A stretch of DNA of 64,000 bases, taken from positions 372,001-436,000 of the forward strand of contig NC_089434.1 in the NCBI RefSeq assembly GCF_026210795.1, given 5' to 3'. This DNA is from Rhizophagus irregularis (taxonomy: Eukaryota). The notes beneath the pieces are model-generated. The model had not been told where the DNA came from. It did not search any database and saw only the letters and a list, made by a program, of their open reading frames with translations. How positions within the stretch are numbered: the first letter of the stretch is position 1; each line of letters starts with the position of its first letter. The position numbers and the translations under genes were made by a program. Shown piece after piece: positions 11,746 to 26,159 of this stretch.

Positions 11746-14376
11746 TTTACTACTGATTTCTGACGGTCCGGGGAGTAGTAACAGTAGGATAAACAACGAT
11801 TTTATAACAATCGGTTAACACTTAACAATCGACAATAAAGTGTAAGGAAATATATAAATAGCGTATATATAATAAATAAATAGACAATAATCAGTAAACA
11901 ATATAATGTAAAATATCGGTAAATAATGTATATGAAATCGATGATAATCGGTGAACGTCAATTCACGAATTATAATGATAAAATTAATAAACAGTGTTTT
12001 ATGAAGAAATCAGAAATGATCAGCGGGTGTCTTTTATTAACGAACAAACAAATAGACAATATTACTGCCTCAATCGGCGCTCTGTAATATTCCAACTATC
12101 CTATTTCTACAATTAATAAACAAAAGCCCAACTGCTTTTTTATCCTTTGAAAGCCACCGTTTATATATCATCCAATATCCGTGACAATTTTTGTCATAAT
12201 GACAATTATTGTCATCCGGCCATTTTTGTCCTCCAGCCAATTTTGTCAATCAGCCAATTTTGTCCAATTAAGCCTCAACCGAGCCCTTCCAGCTCCCATT
12301 ACCTAATCTTCCTATTCCTGTTTATAGTCCCACTAATTATATAAAATTAAACTATACACTTAAAAAAATAAACTATATTTTAAAATAAACTAAAAAAAAT
12401 AAACTAAAAAATAAACTAAAATTCGTGCAACATTATTATTATTTGGCGACCCTGTCACCATGGCGACCCACCTCATATATGTGATTTTTAATTTTTCAGA
12501 TACTTTATTTTTTCAATATTTATTTTTTTTAATTAGTATTCTTAATACTTTTCTTTACGTGTAAAAAATTGAGTAATTTTTAATAATAAACAAACAAATC
12601 AATGAATAAATAAATAAATAAGCAAACAATAAACGAATGAATAAATAAATGAATAAAAGCATGAATAAAACAAACAAAACTATTAAAATAATAGAAATGA
12701 CCACAATTTATATACATTTTATTGAAAATTTTGTTATAATTGATGCTCATATATTGTATGAAATAACATATGGACTTATTTAACTAAGTAATGATTAGGT
12801 GATAAAATTAAGGGATATTATCGGGAAATCTATATAACTAAAAAAATTTGGTCATGTTTAGATTACCGTATATAAATAATTTGAATTGTGTAATATGAAA
12901 CACGCCTAATCTATTCAATATTAGGTTAGTAATATACTAAAAATATTTTATCAACATGGATTTGCTGATCAAGTGTTAGACAATTCAAGACGTTAAATTA
13001 CACTACAGGGAATTTTTTTAGTTTCTGGTAATTGAAGTTTTGCTAATATTAATAAGTACGATTAGCAATTTTTTTTATTTTTATTTTTTTAACCGTAATA
13101 CATTCAGAATTTTTTGAACTTTTGGCCTTTCTTTTGTTTAGTTTTTTTTTTTACAATCAGAATTTTTTTCATTTAGTAATTTTTTTTTATTAAACAATTT
13201 ATTTTTTTTTAACGATAGTAGATCATTTAGTAATTTTTTTTAATTTTTTTTTTAATTTTTTTTTAATAGATCGTTTAGTAACTTTTTTTTATTTTTTTAA
13301 TAGATCGTTTAGTTATTTTTTATTTTTTTGGGGGGGGTTTTTTAATTTAGAAATTTTTTTAACAACAGATCAGATTTTTTTTTCATTAAATTTTTTTTCC
13401 AACAATAGATCGGACTCTGCCTTTTCTTTATGTTCGGTAACTGACATTTACTAATATTAATTAGTAATAGTTAGTTCCCGGTTAAAAAAAATTTACTTTT
13501 TTTTGCTTCCTGGTAACTGGCATCATTCTAATACTATTAAGTAATAGTTCTATCGATATTTTTACAATAGACTTTGGTGATAAGAATATTTTTTTTGTAA
13601 TAATAGATTTGATAATGGAAATTTTTTTTTGATAAATTTTTTTTTAAATAGATTACTATGATATATCTTCTGTAATAATACATTCGTATGATGGTATTCT
13701 TAATGATGAGAATTTTTTTTTTGTAACAATTAATTATTCAGAATTGATTTTGTGATGAGTCTGTAAACGTATAAACCATAAATTCTATAATACTGTAACA
13801 TTTGTTTAATATTATAATATTTATATCAAGTTATTGTAATACTAAATCATTCTAATTTAATCATATTGTAAATACACTTCACATTATTGTATTGTAAATA
13901 TTGTAAATAATTTATATCATTCAAATATAAATAGTTGTATTATTATACTAATAAATATATAATGTATATTACAGTATTATATAATGTCTTCTTAAAATTA
14001 AATTCTTAGTCTAATATTAAATACAAATCTACATAACTACTTTAACATGCAAAAATTTTTTTTTAACATATAAAAAATTTTTTAATGTGTAAAAGAATTT
14101 TTCTATATAAAAAAATTTTTTCTGAGGGTACCAACTACGTTTCAGAACCCCTTCTTAGGCTTTTTTTTTACCTTTTTAAATTTTTATTTTATTTAATTTA
14201 TTATTTATTTTATTTTGAATTTTCAATTCTTCAAATTTCTAATTACAAACAAAATAGTATTACTATATACTAAGTAACAAAATTTCTAAACATAAGTCAG
14301 AATTTTCTTTTCAATACATACACTATAATATGCAATTAATATATATCCCCGGCGCAGCGCGACGGGTTACGGCTAG
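11746..14376 (+). mobile_element. Non-autonomous Helitron-like element (3' end clear, 5' end tentative)
   Basis: GC-rich hairpin CCCGGCGCAGCGCGACGGG followed by CTAG|T at 14373-14377; tentative degenerate 5' end A|TTTAC at 11746. Confidence 0.5.
11754..12432 (-). mobile_element. Possible solo LTR inserted near a Helitron 5' end
   Basis: TG...CA boundaries (minus strand starts TGTTGCACG); higher complexity than flanks; flanks CTAC/TTAT match only if two C>T changes are assumed. Confidence 0.3.
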
Positions 14377-14689
14377 TATCTTATTAATATCATGTGATTC
14401 AATCGTTTTAGCTAAGAATATCATGTGAAATAAAAAAATTTGTCTAGTTGTAAATAAAAGATTTGGCTTTATGCTTGATGTTGTCGAAGGTAAGTAACAA
14501 TATTAATTATAAATCATATCTTCCAATTTCTAAATCAAAAAAAAATTTTCTTTGATAATCAAATAAAATGCCAAACTGATGAGTTATTTAGTGAATATCT
14601 AATAGTTCTCCAATTCTTTTTAATTGTTTTTCTTTGAAATCCCATTCTTCGTATTTTCACTCATTCCAAACTGTTTCTAGGTTCCAATT

Positions 14690-14989
14690 TGACATTTTTC
14701 GTATTAAATTATCAATATCATTATTTCCAGATATCCGATTTAAAAAATTTGTTTTTAAATAATTTCGAACACAAAATTCCTGAATTAAAAAGAATTTTAT
14801 TCTTATCGTATGTCTTATCTATTTTTCTTACTGCATAAGTTTTTTCATCATTTGTAAGAGATTTATCAGCAAGTATAATTTGTTTTGTAATTTTTATGTT
14901 GTTTATGTACAATATATCATTATGTCTATAGATGTATTTGCTTTATTACTAATTACATCATGAGCCAATTTTTCTCGAATATTAGACAT
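14690..14989 (-). pseudogene. Frameshifted N-terminal fragment of a TKL kinase (43715/62797 type)
   Basis: MSNIRE... start and QIILADKSLTNDEKTYAVRKIDKTYDKNKILFNSG match the N-termini of the two intact paralogs; no kinase domain follows. Confidence 0.8.
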
Positions 14990-15244
14990 AATGCAATTTA
15001 CTAATAAGAATGTTTAAATTTTTAAATTGTGAAAATTAAATTGATAATTTTGAAATTTAAAAATCGAGGAACGAGATTTATGTTGTTGCAATCTATGAAT
15101 AAATTTTGAAATGTAAAACTCAAGAAACGGATATTCCCGAATGTCATGTGACTATCATTTTTAAAAATAATAAATACAAATGAGCGAATAAAATTACAAA
15201 TTTTTTGCTTTTTGATTATTCAGAGCGAAGCAGACATTATCAGT

Positions 15245-15793
15245 AGGGCCCCGAGCAATATATATATAGGTAACAAGAAAGGTCAAAATTTTTATAATAG
15301 CTCTACGCAAGGTTTTTATTAAGATAAATAAGCAAACTCAACATGTGACTTCACAAATTTCCCAAAAATAAGCAATCTAACCATATGACTTTATAATATT
15401 ATATTTTACAAAAATTATTTGATCAAATTTTCTCGCATTTATGATTTACAATTTCACTTTTTTCAATAGTAATATCATCTTAGCTAAAATATCCGTCTTA
15501 AAATTTTTTTCATCTCCTATTAACTTTTGCATATTAGTATAATACCATCGCTTATATAGTTAAATGTTATATAATGCATTATTAAATAATACCAAATTTA
15601 CTCAAAAAATAAGCAATTGTAATATATGACTTTTCAAAAATTCTGTGAAAATAAGGAAAATAAGCAAATGAAAAATATGACATTGGCAAAAAATATCATT
15701 AATTTTACGCAAATCTAACCTCTAACTGTGGCTAAAATAGCATGTGACTAAGCAAACGATATTGTTACCTATACATATATTGCTCGGGGTCCT
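15245..15793. mobile_element. MITE with ~32-bp TIR and 8-bp TSD (hAT-like)
   Basis: TIR AGG(G/A)CCCCGAGCAATATAT(A/G)TATAGGTAACAA; TSD TTATCAGT at 15237-15244 and 15794-15801. Confidence 0.9.
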
Positions 15794-16394
15794 TTATCAG
15801 TTATACTTTTATAAAAAAAAATTGACTGTCGATCATTGTCATGTGTGTTTTCTGATTGATCGAAATCAAACGAGGTGTCATACAATACTTGCTCCTTTTT
15901 TTATTGTTATACTAGTGTTATACTTTTGTATTACAATGGATAATGAAAGATTACTGTAATTAGCGTTAAATTATTAACTAGAAAATTTAAACATTAAAAG
16001 TCCAGAACTCAAAATTGAATATTTGTTACAATTTAATCAGACACCAAATACAAAATTTATTGGTTGATACTGATTTTCTTTAATTTATTTTACGGTATTA
16101 GTTTGGAGAGCAACAAAGCACTTTATATTTTCCACGCTGGTATAAATTTAACAATTTTTAGAATTTTTTTTTGTCAGTTTTCTCATTTAAATTTTTTTTA
16201 AATATAATAAGTAAACCATACCGTACAGTCAACCCGAAAGCAAGCAACACTGGCCCGCATTATGGCGATTTTGGCCAGAATTATGATGACTTTGGCCAGA
16301 ATTAAATTCAAAAATGGTTGCTTAATTTTGGAACTCTATGGTAAATAAGACTAATGTACAGTGGTCAGTGGGTACTGGGGGTGCACAATATTAA

Positions 16395-16470
16395 CGTACG
16401 AACTGGCCGGAGTTAACGTTAACGCTATCACGTGTAAGTTCATAACTCCTAAACTCGGCCAGTTCGTACG
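16395..16470. mobile_element. Tiny TTAA-flanked MITE (piggyBac/Kolobok-like)
   Basis: TTAA|CGTACGAACTGGCCG ... CGGCCAGTTCGTACG|TTAA. Confidence 0.65.
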
Positions 16471-18589
16471 TTAATATCGTCAAACGAAAAAAATATATAT
16501 ATTTGCCGTTGGAATAATATAGTTTGTGTTAAAATGATAGTATATTTGGAAAGCTATTACGCAAATGTATTCATAAAACTATATAGTTGAGATATTGTGT
16601 ATCTTTTTTCGTCCGATGTTAGTTTTTTATATCCAATATGCTTTCTTAAAAAACAATTCTTTTAAATACATGTAAAACATCTAGATGACAGGGATATAGT
16701 TAACATTTGAATAGATTTTAACTAAGAATATAATACGATTATAAAGATACTATGTCTTTGATGCTAAAGATACAAATATAATATTGAAACATGATAAGCA
16801 GTGCAATTTATCTGTTCATCACCTCTTTAGTAGGAATAAACCTGGGAACAATTCTAGCCATGATGTTTTTGCTTCCGATAAGTAAATAAGCGACTAGAGG
16901 TAAAATCCCACCATTCTCCGAGAAGGTAATTTTTTAATAATATTTGCTATTAAATCAATTGAAGAAAGCAATTAGCAAGATTTGCATTAGCTTTTTCACT
17001 TTAATTTTGTTAGAGCCTCACTAAAAAATGAAATCATGGGACTTGGTCTGTTCTGTTTTTTCGTCATTAACAAAGTATCACTTAATTCTATTTATTATAT
17101 TTCCTATCGTTTCCTATCGTTTCCATAATCGATCTTCTGATATTATATTAATATGAAAACGCTTTCGACAACAAAATGGTATAGCTATTGATATAAATCA
17201 AAACTACTGTATTCGAAATAAAAATAAATACTTTGTTCATTTACAAAATAAATAAGAACGTACGCTTTTGTATGCCTTTGAACACTGTTGATGACAAATG
17301 TTGTACTAAATCTAATCTCTATTATACTTAAGTATGCAAAAAATATAAGCAAAATATGGGTTTCCACGCATGGTTATCGCGCTAAAGAAAAAATTGGTGT
17401 TCTATTCTTTTTCACAATAGATCATACTGTTGTCCTTTAAAGATTGGGAGTAAAAAATCGTAGATAGATGGAATGGAAAGAGTAGAAATTTTTCTTTAAA
17501 CCTCTCTTTTTATGCTAGCTGACTATCATCATAACGTGCCCAAAAGGTACCAACAAGTGTGCAAATGAAAACGGAATTAAATAAATCCCCATCGACCACA
17601 TGTTCAAAGAGTCACACTATTTCATTAAAATATGTACCAAATATAGTGCTCCGAATTATTCTATTTCAGGTGTCTAAAAGTAAGAAAGTGTCTGTGCAAG
17701 ATACTCTAGTGGTACTCGACATGCATTTAATTTCTCATTGATATAAACATCACTTCCTATTTTCTTTAACAGTATACGAATAAACCCATGATTTTTTATT
17801 TTTCACGTCCAACCACTAAATAATACGTGAAGCGTAGCTTGTCCTCTCTTTCCCGAACTGTTTTAAGATTTCGAGTAAAAAGATAAAATGAACAAAAATC
17901 CTAATACTTAAATGCATGTTGTATCAGTTTCCGCTAGCGATATGTCCACTTTATAGTATAGGCATTACGTAATTTTTGAATTAACCCTGTTTTAATGTTC
18001 ACAGACAATACAGTATGTGTCCCTAATATTGTCCTGAAATTAACCGGCCCTTAAAGTATTCCCATCGACACTACCTTTGAAGAAAAGTCTGTTGTAGATC
18101 ATATACAGCACGTAAAACAATCCTTCAATCATTAGGTTAGTTCTGAGATATATACACGTATTTCTTGTTATTTTTTTAATTGTATATTCTAATGACAACA
18201 TAGTTGACCGAAAAATGTTGCGAAGTATGTCAGCATTTGATAGTATTTATTTCGAAGTGTGTTTTGTAAATGACTGTCTTTCTTTGTACACACCCAAAAA
18301 AGATGATATAATCCGAAAATTATAATATTTTCAAAAAAAAAAAAAGAGTTCTCAGTACGTATTACAAGTATTTGAATATCGGGTAGCTTATTTCATCATA
18401 TGTATAACAAATCTTTGAAGTATAATTTATGTCTGGAAGGATTTTTATTTTTTCACGTATCATAATCTATTCAAAGGTGTCCCGACTACGAGACCGTGAC
18501 TCAGGCTGCTTTATTTTGAGAATCTGGTGAAACCGCCAGGTGACACTTATCATTGGAGGATGTTACAAAAACTACTCACGAGTCCAACA

Positions 18590-18618
18590 GTCGTTGCAAA
18601 GCAACGGGTCACAACTAG
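18590..18618 (+). mobile_element. Helitron-like 3' terminus
   Basis: Hairpin CGTTGC-AAA-GCAACG then CTAG|T at 18615-18619; 5' end not located. Confidence 0.6.
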
Positions 18619-20168
18619 TAATAATTAATTTTATTATAAATTTATTAAAATTGTAAAATTTAATAAAATTTTCCAATAAATTTCCAATAAATTTTTATAA
18701 AAAAAAAGATCTCTAACGAAATTATTTTATTAAAAAAAAATTTCGAGCCAAAATCCTCAATATTCTTATTTAAAAAAAAATATTTTCAATTAAAAGACTT
18801 TTAAATAAAATTCTCCATCAAAAAAAGACTAACCTATAAAAAACTAACCGACGAAAATTATTAAAAAAAACTCTTCTAGTATATAAATATTTTAAATTTG
18901 GATTTTTAGTAAATGTCAATATTTAATTATATATTATTGGATGATTAAACTAAATAATAGTCTAATAGCACGTATCCGATAATATTATTATTATGCTAAT
19001 ACATAGTAATACGAGATAACCGACCTAAATAACAATTATGTAAAATCTGCATGAACTTATGAGGATAACTGATCATCTTGGTTACATCATATTATCCAAT
19101 CACTTAAAGTTTTTCTTCGGCACTTTAATCAAATTTATAAAATAGGTAAAAAACCCGTATGGCATATTATTTAATTATACAAATTACAAAAAAGTTTGAT
19201 AAAATTTTAGATTTCAATTCTCCATATTCAAATATCGATCGTTGGGCATAAGAAAACTAAATTTGTCGCTCATTATGACTATCAAAATGAATTTGTAATT
19301 GGATTTTTTTCTTTTATTAGCAAAGTCAGCACAAATTGAAATAAATCTGACAAATTGAGTATATAATATAAGGTAATAAATTGAATAAATTGAACAAATA
19401 TTTTATAACCAACTTTTTCCAGATGATCAATAACTCTTTTAGATAGACCATTCGCTCAACTATAATCATTAATTTTTTGCTTTACAGATTTAAATAAAAA
19501 GGAATATAGATCTCGATCCTTTTTTTTAAAGCTACCTAAAAAAAATTGGTTAATTTTAACTTTATAGTGACAATTAAAATAATATTTTCACCAGAGATAG
19601 ATTTCACATTATGGCCCGAATAAAACCTTTTGCTATTTAAATTAAACAGTCATAAAATGGTTTAGAATTACTCTATGAAAATCGATGCACAGAATTTATC
19701 TAAAAATGCCTATGATTAGTAATTTTTATCGTTACAAAGTGATTTATACTCATATATCTAATACTGATGACAATATAATGAAAATATCATACGATATATC
19801 ATTTCATTATTCATTAGTTTATTTGGAATCACAATTTAGCTTCTCCATCTTTTTCCCAGACCTTTAACGAAACTTATAATTGTCATTCACGTGATTTTAT
19901 ATTGAACAATCGAATTTTATATCCTATAAATGAGATTATTACATTTCATGGGAAACAATATTTTATTGATAAATTTGTAAATTTGCTAAACATATAGCTT
20001 TATTTATTTATATGTATATATGATATTTCACTTAGTAATTTAAATATAATAAATATAACAATATCATTCTGATAAAAATGTTTGATAAAGAAAAAATATA
20101 TATATATAATTATATACGATAATAATCTTCTCAATTCTCAAATCTAAATTTGCCAGAATTTATACTAT

Positions 20169-23100
20169 TTAAACAGAATTTTTCTGATCGTCATCAATCA
20201 CAGTATCAAGATCATCAAGATCATCTGTAAAAGTAAGTAATTGAGATTTAGGTGTAATAGTTGATTGGTTGCTTTTAAAATTTTTAAAAATATTTTCTTT
20301 GTAATAACCTTCATCAAAATCTTTAAAAAATGCTCTACGACGTTCATGGTATTCGGTATTAGTATCAAGCGCTATTAAAAAAGCAATTGGCCTATTGTCT
20401 GGATTTGAATCCCAACAACTTTTCATTATGTCAATATATTCTTTTGGTGCTTCCCACTCTTCTATTTTAGGTCTCATCCCTCTACATATATTTAATATTA
20501 GGCATTTATCATGTATATGATCAGCAAAAGGTTGCCTTCCAGTTGCTATAAAATACATAATCATACCGAAGCTATACATATCTGCCGCCTTAGTATAGGG
20601 TTTTCCTCTCAACACTTCAGGAGCCATATAAGACATAACTCCACACATATGTTTTTCGTTCATATCATTAATATCTCCACATAATCCAAAATCTGAAATA
20701 AATAAATCAAAAGAAACAAGATGACCAGTTGCTAATATATTTCCTGTATGAAGATCTCGATGAACTATATTTTTATTATGCAAGTGACTAATACCACGAA
20801 TAATTTTATTTATTGCTTTCATTTTTCCCTCCATTCGATATCTTTATAATAATTAGTCATCCAATTATTAAGATCTCCACCTTCCGCATATTTAAGAACC
20901 ATAATATAATTTTTTGTATTAGGATCTTGAGATATTCCGAACATTTCAAGAATATTTCCTTGATAAGTACGTGTTTTTGTTGAGTACTTTTTAATCTATT
21001 AAAATATCAATTTTTCAGTTATAATAATACTATTATTTAAATTGAATTTAATAAAAAAATTTCATACCTCATTCAAAAATTTATCAGGAATATTTTGTGA
21101 ATTATCTAAACACTTTAAAGCAACTTCTTCATTATACTTTCTTTCATATTTATATTCCTCTTCATTGTAAATTAACGGACCATCATTCCATATTGCTGAA
21201 TATACTGTAGAAAACCCACCTTGTCCTATTTTTTCAATGTTACTAAATTGATCGTAAGGTATCCATTCAAATATTACATAATAATAGCCACCTATATTCG
21301 ATCGCATTTCTTGAATGAGATTATCAATCCTTTTATTTCCACTGGTCCAATTTTTATTTAAACTGCTTATTTGACACGGTTTACACCATTTATAATGTAT
21401 ATGATTATCATCTATATATTTTTCATCACATTTTTCACATCGTTCAAATTCAACTATTCTAATATAATTTTTTGAATCTGGATTTTGAGATATTCCATAT
21501 ATTTTACAACTACTATGATTTTCAATTTGACTAGAATCAATCTATTAAATAAAAAAAATTGTATTATTAAAAAATTGAATATATTGTAAATAAACTTGAA
21601 TATTAAAATACAAAAATATTTATAATTCATACATTTTTTAGAAGTTCAGTTATATCTTGTGAATCGTGTACCTTTAAAGTAACTTTCTTATTCGATTCCC
21701 TTGTTTGTTCTTTCTTACAATATGATGGTCCATCAATCCAAATTGCTGAATATACTGCATCAGTTTCTGTTTCTTTAATATCACTTAATTGATCATATGG
21801 TATCCATTCAAATATTATATCGCCATTACTAATTTGTAATTGCATTTTTTGGATAAAATAATCAATTTCCTCATTTCCGCTGGTCCAGTTTGTAAAATTA
21901 TTTTGTAAATTATCTAATTTGCATGGTATGCAATGCCCGTACCATACATAATAACGTTTAAATATTTCACTATAACCGCATTTTTCACAATAATATAAAT
22001 GATCAAAATGATCAAGAACCATAATATAATCTTTTGTATCTGGATCTTGAGATATACCATAAATTTTATGATCATGACCATCACGATCACTATTAATTGA
22101 GTGATATTCCATAAGCTTATATAATAAAAAAAATTAATATTACGTTAAAAAAGAAAAGGATAATATTTTGTATAAATAATTTCATACCTCATCTAGAACT
22201 TCCTCATTTATATTTTGTGAATTATACACATATTTTAAAGCAACGCCTTTATTTGGTGATTTTCTTATTAATTTCTTTTTTCCAGAATGATAACTTAACG
22301 GGCCATCAATCCATGTTGCTAAATATAATGTAGTTGGACCATTGCCTATTTTTCGAGTAATATTTAAATGATCATACGGTATCCATTCAAATATATTATC
22401 GTCAACTTTTATTTGTCTTGATCGAATTTCTTGAATCAATTTATTAATAGTTTTATCCTCGCTAATAAACTTGTTTTCTAAATCTTTTAATTGACATTCT
22501 CTACACCATTCATACGCTCGCATGCCACAATTTTCGCAAAAGCCATGATAAACCATCATATACTCTTTTGTATATGGATGTTGAGTTATTGCAATTATTT
22601 TACGTCCAATGCGAAATGAATCATGTTTTTCAATCTAATAAAATAAGTAGTTATCGAATAAAAAAAAAAGAAGAAAATCAGTTAATTAATGCAGCACATT
22701 TTAACAATCTTTAACATAATCAACTAATTTAATTTTAAAATAATGATAATTACCTCTTTTATAAATTCAGTTGCACTTAGTGAATTGGTACTTTTTATAA
22801 CTTTTATAACAACTTTTCTATTTGATTTCCTCCTATATATTTTTTTATTAAAATCATAATACAATGGACCATCCCTCCATATTGATGAGTAGAGCGTACA
22901 GGATTCATCATAATTTTCCATTTTTTCAGTTTTTCCAAAATCATAGTGTAGTATCCATTCAAATGTCGTATATTTTGGATCATTAATTTTTTCTAATTGC
23001 TTTTGTCGAATATAATCATCAATCTTTACATTTTCACTAGTCCAATTTTTAAAATTTTTTACAAAATAATTCGTTTGACATGATTGACACCATTTATTCT

Positions 23101-23845
23101 CGTCATTATCGTCTTCAGTATTTTTGGTTAAATTTTCTAAGCACTCATTACAATCTACTACAAGGCCCTCTTTTATTATGCCACTAGGTATATATATAAA
23201 TTTAATAGGAAAATCATAAAACTCCATGCAAAATAATAATAAAATATATGAAAAAAGAAGTATTTCCAAGGCACCTATTTCTAAGAAACTAAGGTCAAAT
23301 AAATAATTTGAATCTAATATAACAAACAATATAGATGCATATGATGAAGTTAATATAATTTTTGTGGAAATGAAACATGAATAAAAAATTTTTTCAAAAA
23401 AATTTTCAATGTTAGTTACATAATAAAGAAAAGATCTGAATTCTTCCATACGCATCTCTCTCATTATAGCAAAACTAGTTTCACGTTTAAGATAAGGAAT
23501 ATAAAAATCAAGAAAAATCATCATCTTGATCTGATTAATCATCAAAATCGGATAATACATTAATTTTATTTTTAAAGGTTTAATTTCATCTTCAATAGAT
23601 TCAATTAAACGTTTGGATCCATCATCAATAGATGCAAATTCATGTTTAATACTGGATTTAAAAACACGTTTAAATTCTTCATATTCTTCATCAGCGGAAT
23701 AAAAATCACAAAAAAGAAACCAGTCTCGACATATCACAAACAAAACTGTCATACATAATGAAGCTGCGAAAATAGAATATGAGAAAGCTATGAAAATAGA
23801 AAACAAGAAAATGACCAATCTGATGTCAATATTGATTAGACCCAT
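20169..23845 (-). CDS. TKL kinase with hydrophobic N-terminus and four tandem Cys-rich/N-lobe modules; 1-nt frameshift in the last exon
   Basis: Exons 23845-22754, 22634-22188, 22115-21633, 21541-21068, 20995-20169 with phase-0 GT-AG introns; HRDLHTGN, SDFG, APE motifs; frame breaks at an A5 run at 20822-20826. Confidence 0.8.
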
Positions 23846-24604
23846 GATTTTTATTTTTTTTAAAAAAAAAATAAAAATAAAAATAAGAACGATAAATAAA
23901 AGGTCACATACACTGTTTATATAGTTTAATAATAAGATTATTGGTTAAACTATATTAAGAACATCACATGCAAACAAAATTCTTTTCATTTATCGCCTAA
24001 ACCAGCTGATCTGCGGTCAAATCATGATTTTTATAGCGACTACTATTTTACTTTGTTTTATTTACTATTTTTGGATTAGGTTACCGTTGATTTAAGAGAT
24101 CTGCATCCCAAACATTGTTTTATTTTCCAAAATTAATTTAAGCAGTCCTAGTAGGACCCGAGCAAGGACAGGTCCTGAGAATGAGCCAAAAAATAATGTA
24201 GATCGCTTCTATTTGTGGATAATTCCGACCAGCATTACATAGTGCCGGCCCTGAAGAAATGCGTAGAGCTAATAGTAAATGTGTGCCGATCTCTCCTGAC
24301 CTACTTGATTGGTTGCAATAATACCTAATTGCGTGCGCAAGTGGAAGCTGTGCAAATTCGCAAAAAGCGACTTCAGTTCTTGTAAACTAATGTCAATGTT
24401 GACAAAAAACTTTTAAAGTTAATGTTCATTTATTTCTGTCACTGTATGTTCATGTAAGATTTATGTCTATTTTATTATATCTAGAATATCAATGAAGAAG
24501 CCAGATCATAGAGTTATTGTTGGATATAGGTTTAAATAAAGGTGCTTTACGGGTATTAGTAAGAATATCATTTCGCTTTGTAAAATAGAACTATGAATAG
24601 CTAA

Positions 24605-24917
24605 TAAAGATGGTCATCAGTCCTAACCGTGGTCCTACAGTCTTACACCTTAAAAAGACAGACTGGTCCATCTTGGTGTAGAACTGCGGTCTTTCGGTCC
24701 TGTATCACATATAATAAGACCATCGGTCTTTTTAAGGACCACAGTCTTTTTAAGACCAATCAGTATTTTTTTTTTTTAGCTTTAAATTTAATTTATTATA
24801 TGAAGACTGGTATGAGGACTGGTCCTACTGCGCCATAAAAAATGCAAGACCGCAGTCCAGTCCTACAAGTCCTGGGACCGGACTGAGTAGGACCGTTAGG
24901 ACCGATGACCATTCTTA
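24605..24917. mobile_element. Degenerate hAT-type MITE
   Basis: TIR ~TAAAGATGGTCATCAGTCCTAAC; TSD ATAGCTAA/ATAGCCAA; GGTCC/GGACC subterminal repeats. Confidence 0.75.
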
Positions 24918-24965
24918 ATAGCCAAGCAATTAACTTATTTATTTTTGCAAATATTATTTCACATA

Positions 24966-25329
24966 TGGGCAGAGCCGCAGCAAAAGGTGAGTTCGGCCAA
25001 CCAATCAGATTTTGAGTATCGGTCTGGGGGATCAAATATATTTAGTAAAAAGACTCGCAATTTAAGTTTTTTTTTCCATTGTATGTACTGCTGTTATTAA
25101 AAAAACGTCAGAAATATCGTAAAATCATTTTTTTATTTTTAATAAAAAATATGGAATATGATATGCAAAATGGAAGCTAATATTTTCAAATGTTGGCTGT
25201 AAAAAAATTTTTTTAAGTTATAAAGAAAAATTAAGAAAAATCACATGAAAATCATGCGAAAACTTAAATTGCGATTTTCTTGAAATTACGTGATTGTCTG
25301 AACCTCACCTTTTGCTGCGAGTCCGCCTA
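24966..25329. mobile_element. MITE
   Basis: Imperfect TIR with core CGCAGCAAAAGGTGAG at both ends; TA-rich flanks. Confidence 0.7.
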
Positions 25330-26159
25330 TATAATTTTGAATTGTACGGACATTGATATCAGCTTTTCACATAATCGAAGATGTGTTACAAAAAATAAGA
25401 GCCAGATGCTAGTCAATCTTGCCCCTCAACAAATATAAATGAAATTCAAAACAAAGTTATTAATCACTGATAATACAAAAGTAGATAAGACGTGTACGGG
25501 TATTTTATTTTTATTTTCAGGAAATTATAGTCTCGTATATATTTTTTCTTACTCGTTTGTTTTAGAGTCTTGCAATAGACTTGATATTTATACATTTGTG
25601 AAGTTCTCGTGGGGTCACAAGTATTTGCATATATACTGTACTCCAAGTATAGTTCGTGTCGTTCATGTAAAGAAGTCATCAAAATGTTTGTCATGGATCA
25701 TCGTTACCATGATTTGAAGTGTGTTAGATGATGGAACTAGCAAAAATATTGGGTCAATCGGTGGAGGTGAAAGCGTTTACGAATCAGTTGTTAGGTAAAG
25801 GTCTAGACCTTAAAGGTTTGAACTGACAGTTTGTTGGAAATAAATTGACGATTTGAATAATTTTGGATAGAAATTTATTCTACTAAAGAAATTGGCAGTA
25901 GCGAGCGAAGTGACGAATACCTATTAAATACGCCACAACAGATTGTAGTAATTATTCGTTACATTTTTCTTATGCTCTATTTTTTTTTTTATTTTTGTAA
26001 AAAAGATGACTTATTATCAGATTTAAAAATATCGTGCTAAATGCAATAAAAAGCAAAATAAGGCCACACAAATTCAATTTTTTGGTTCACGTAACATTAA
26101 AATTTAAAATTGACCTGGGGACCCAGGGTTTATTGTTTATTAATAAAAAAAGTTTATAT

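Noticed and set aside
16219..16342. Short TACCGTA...TATGGTA element
   Set aside because: TIRs too degenerate to call with confidence
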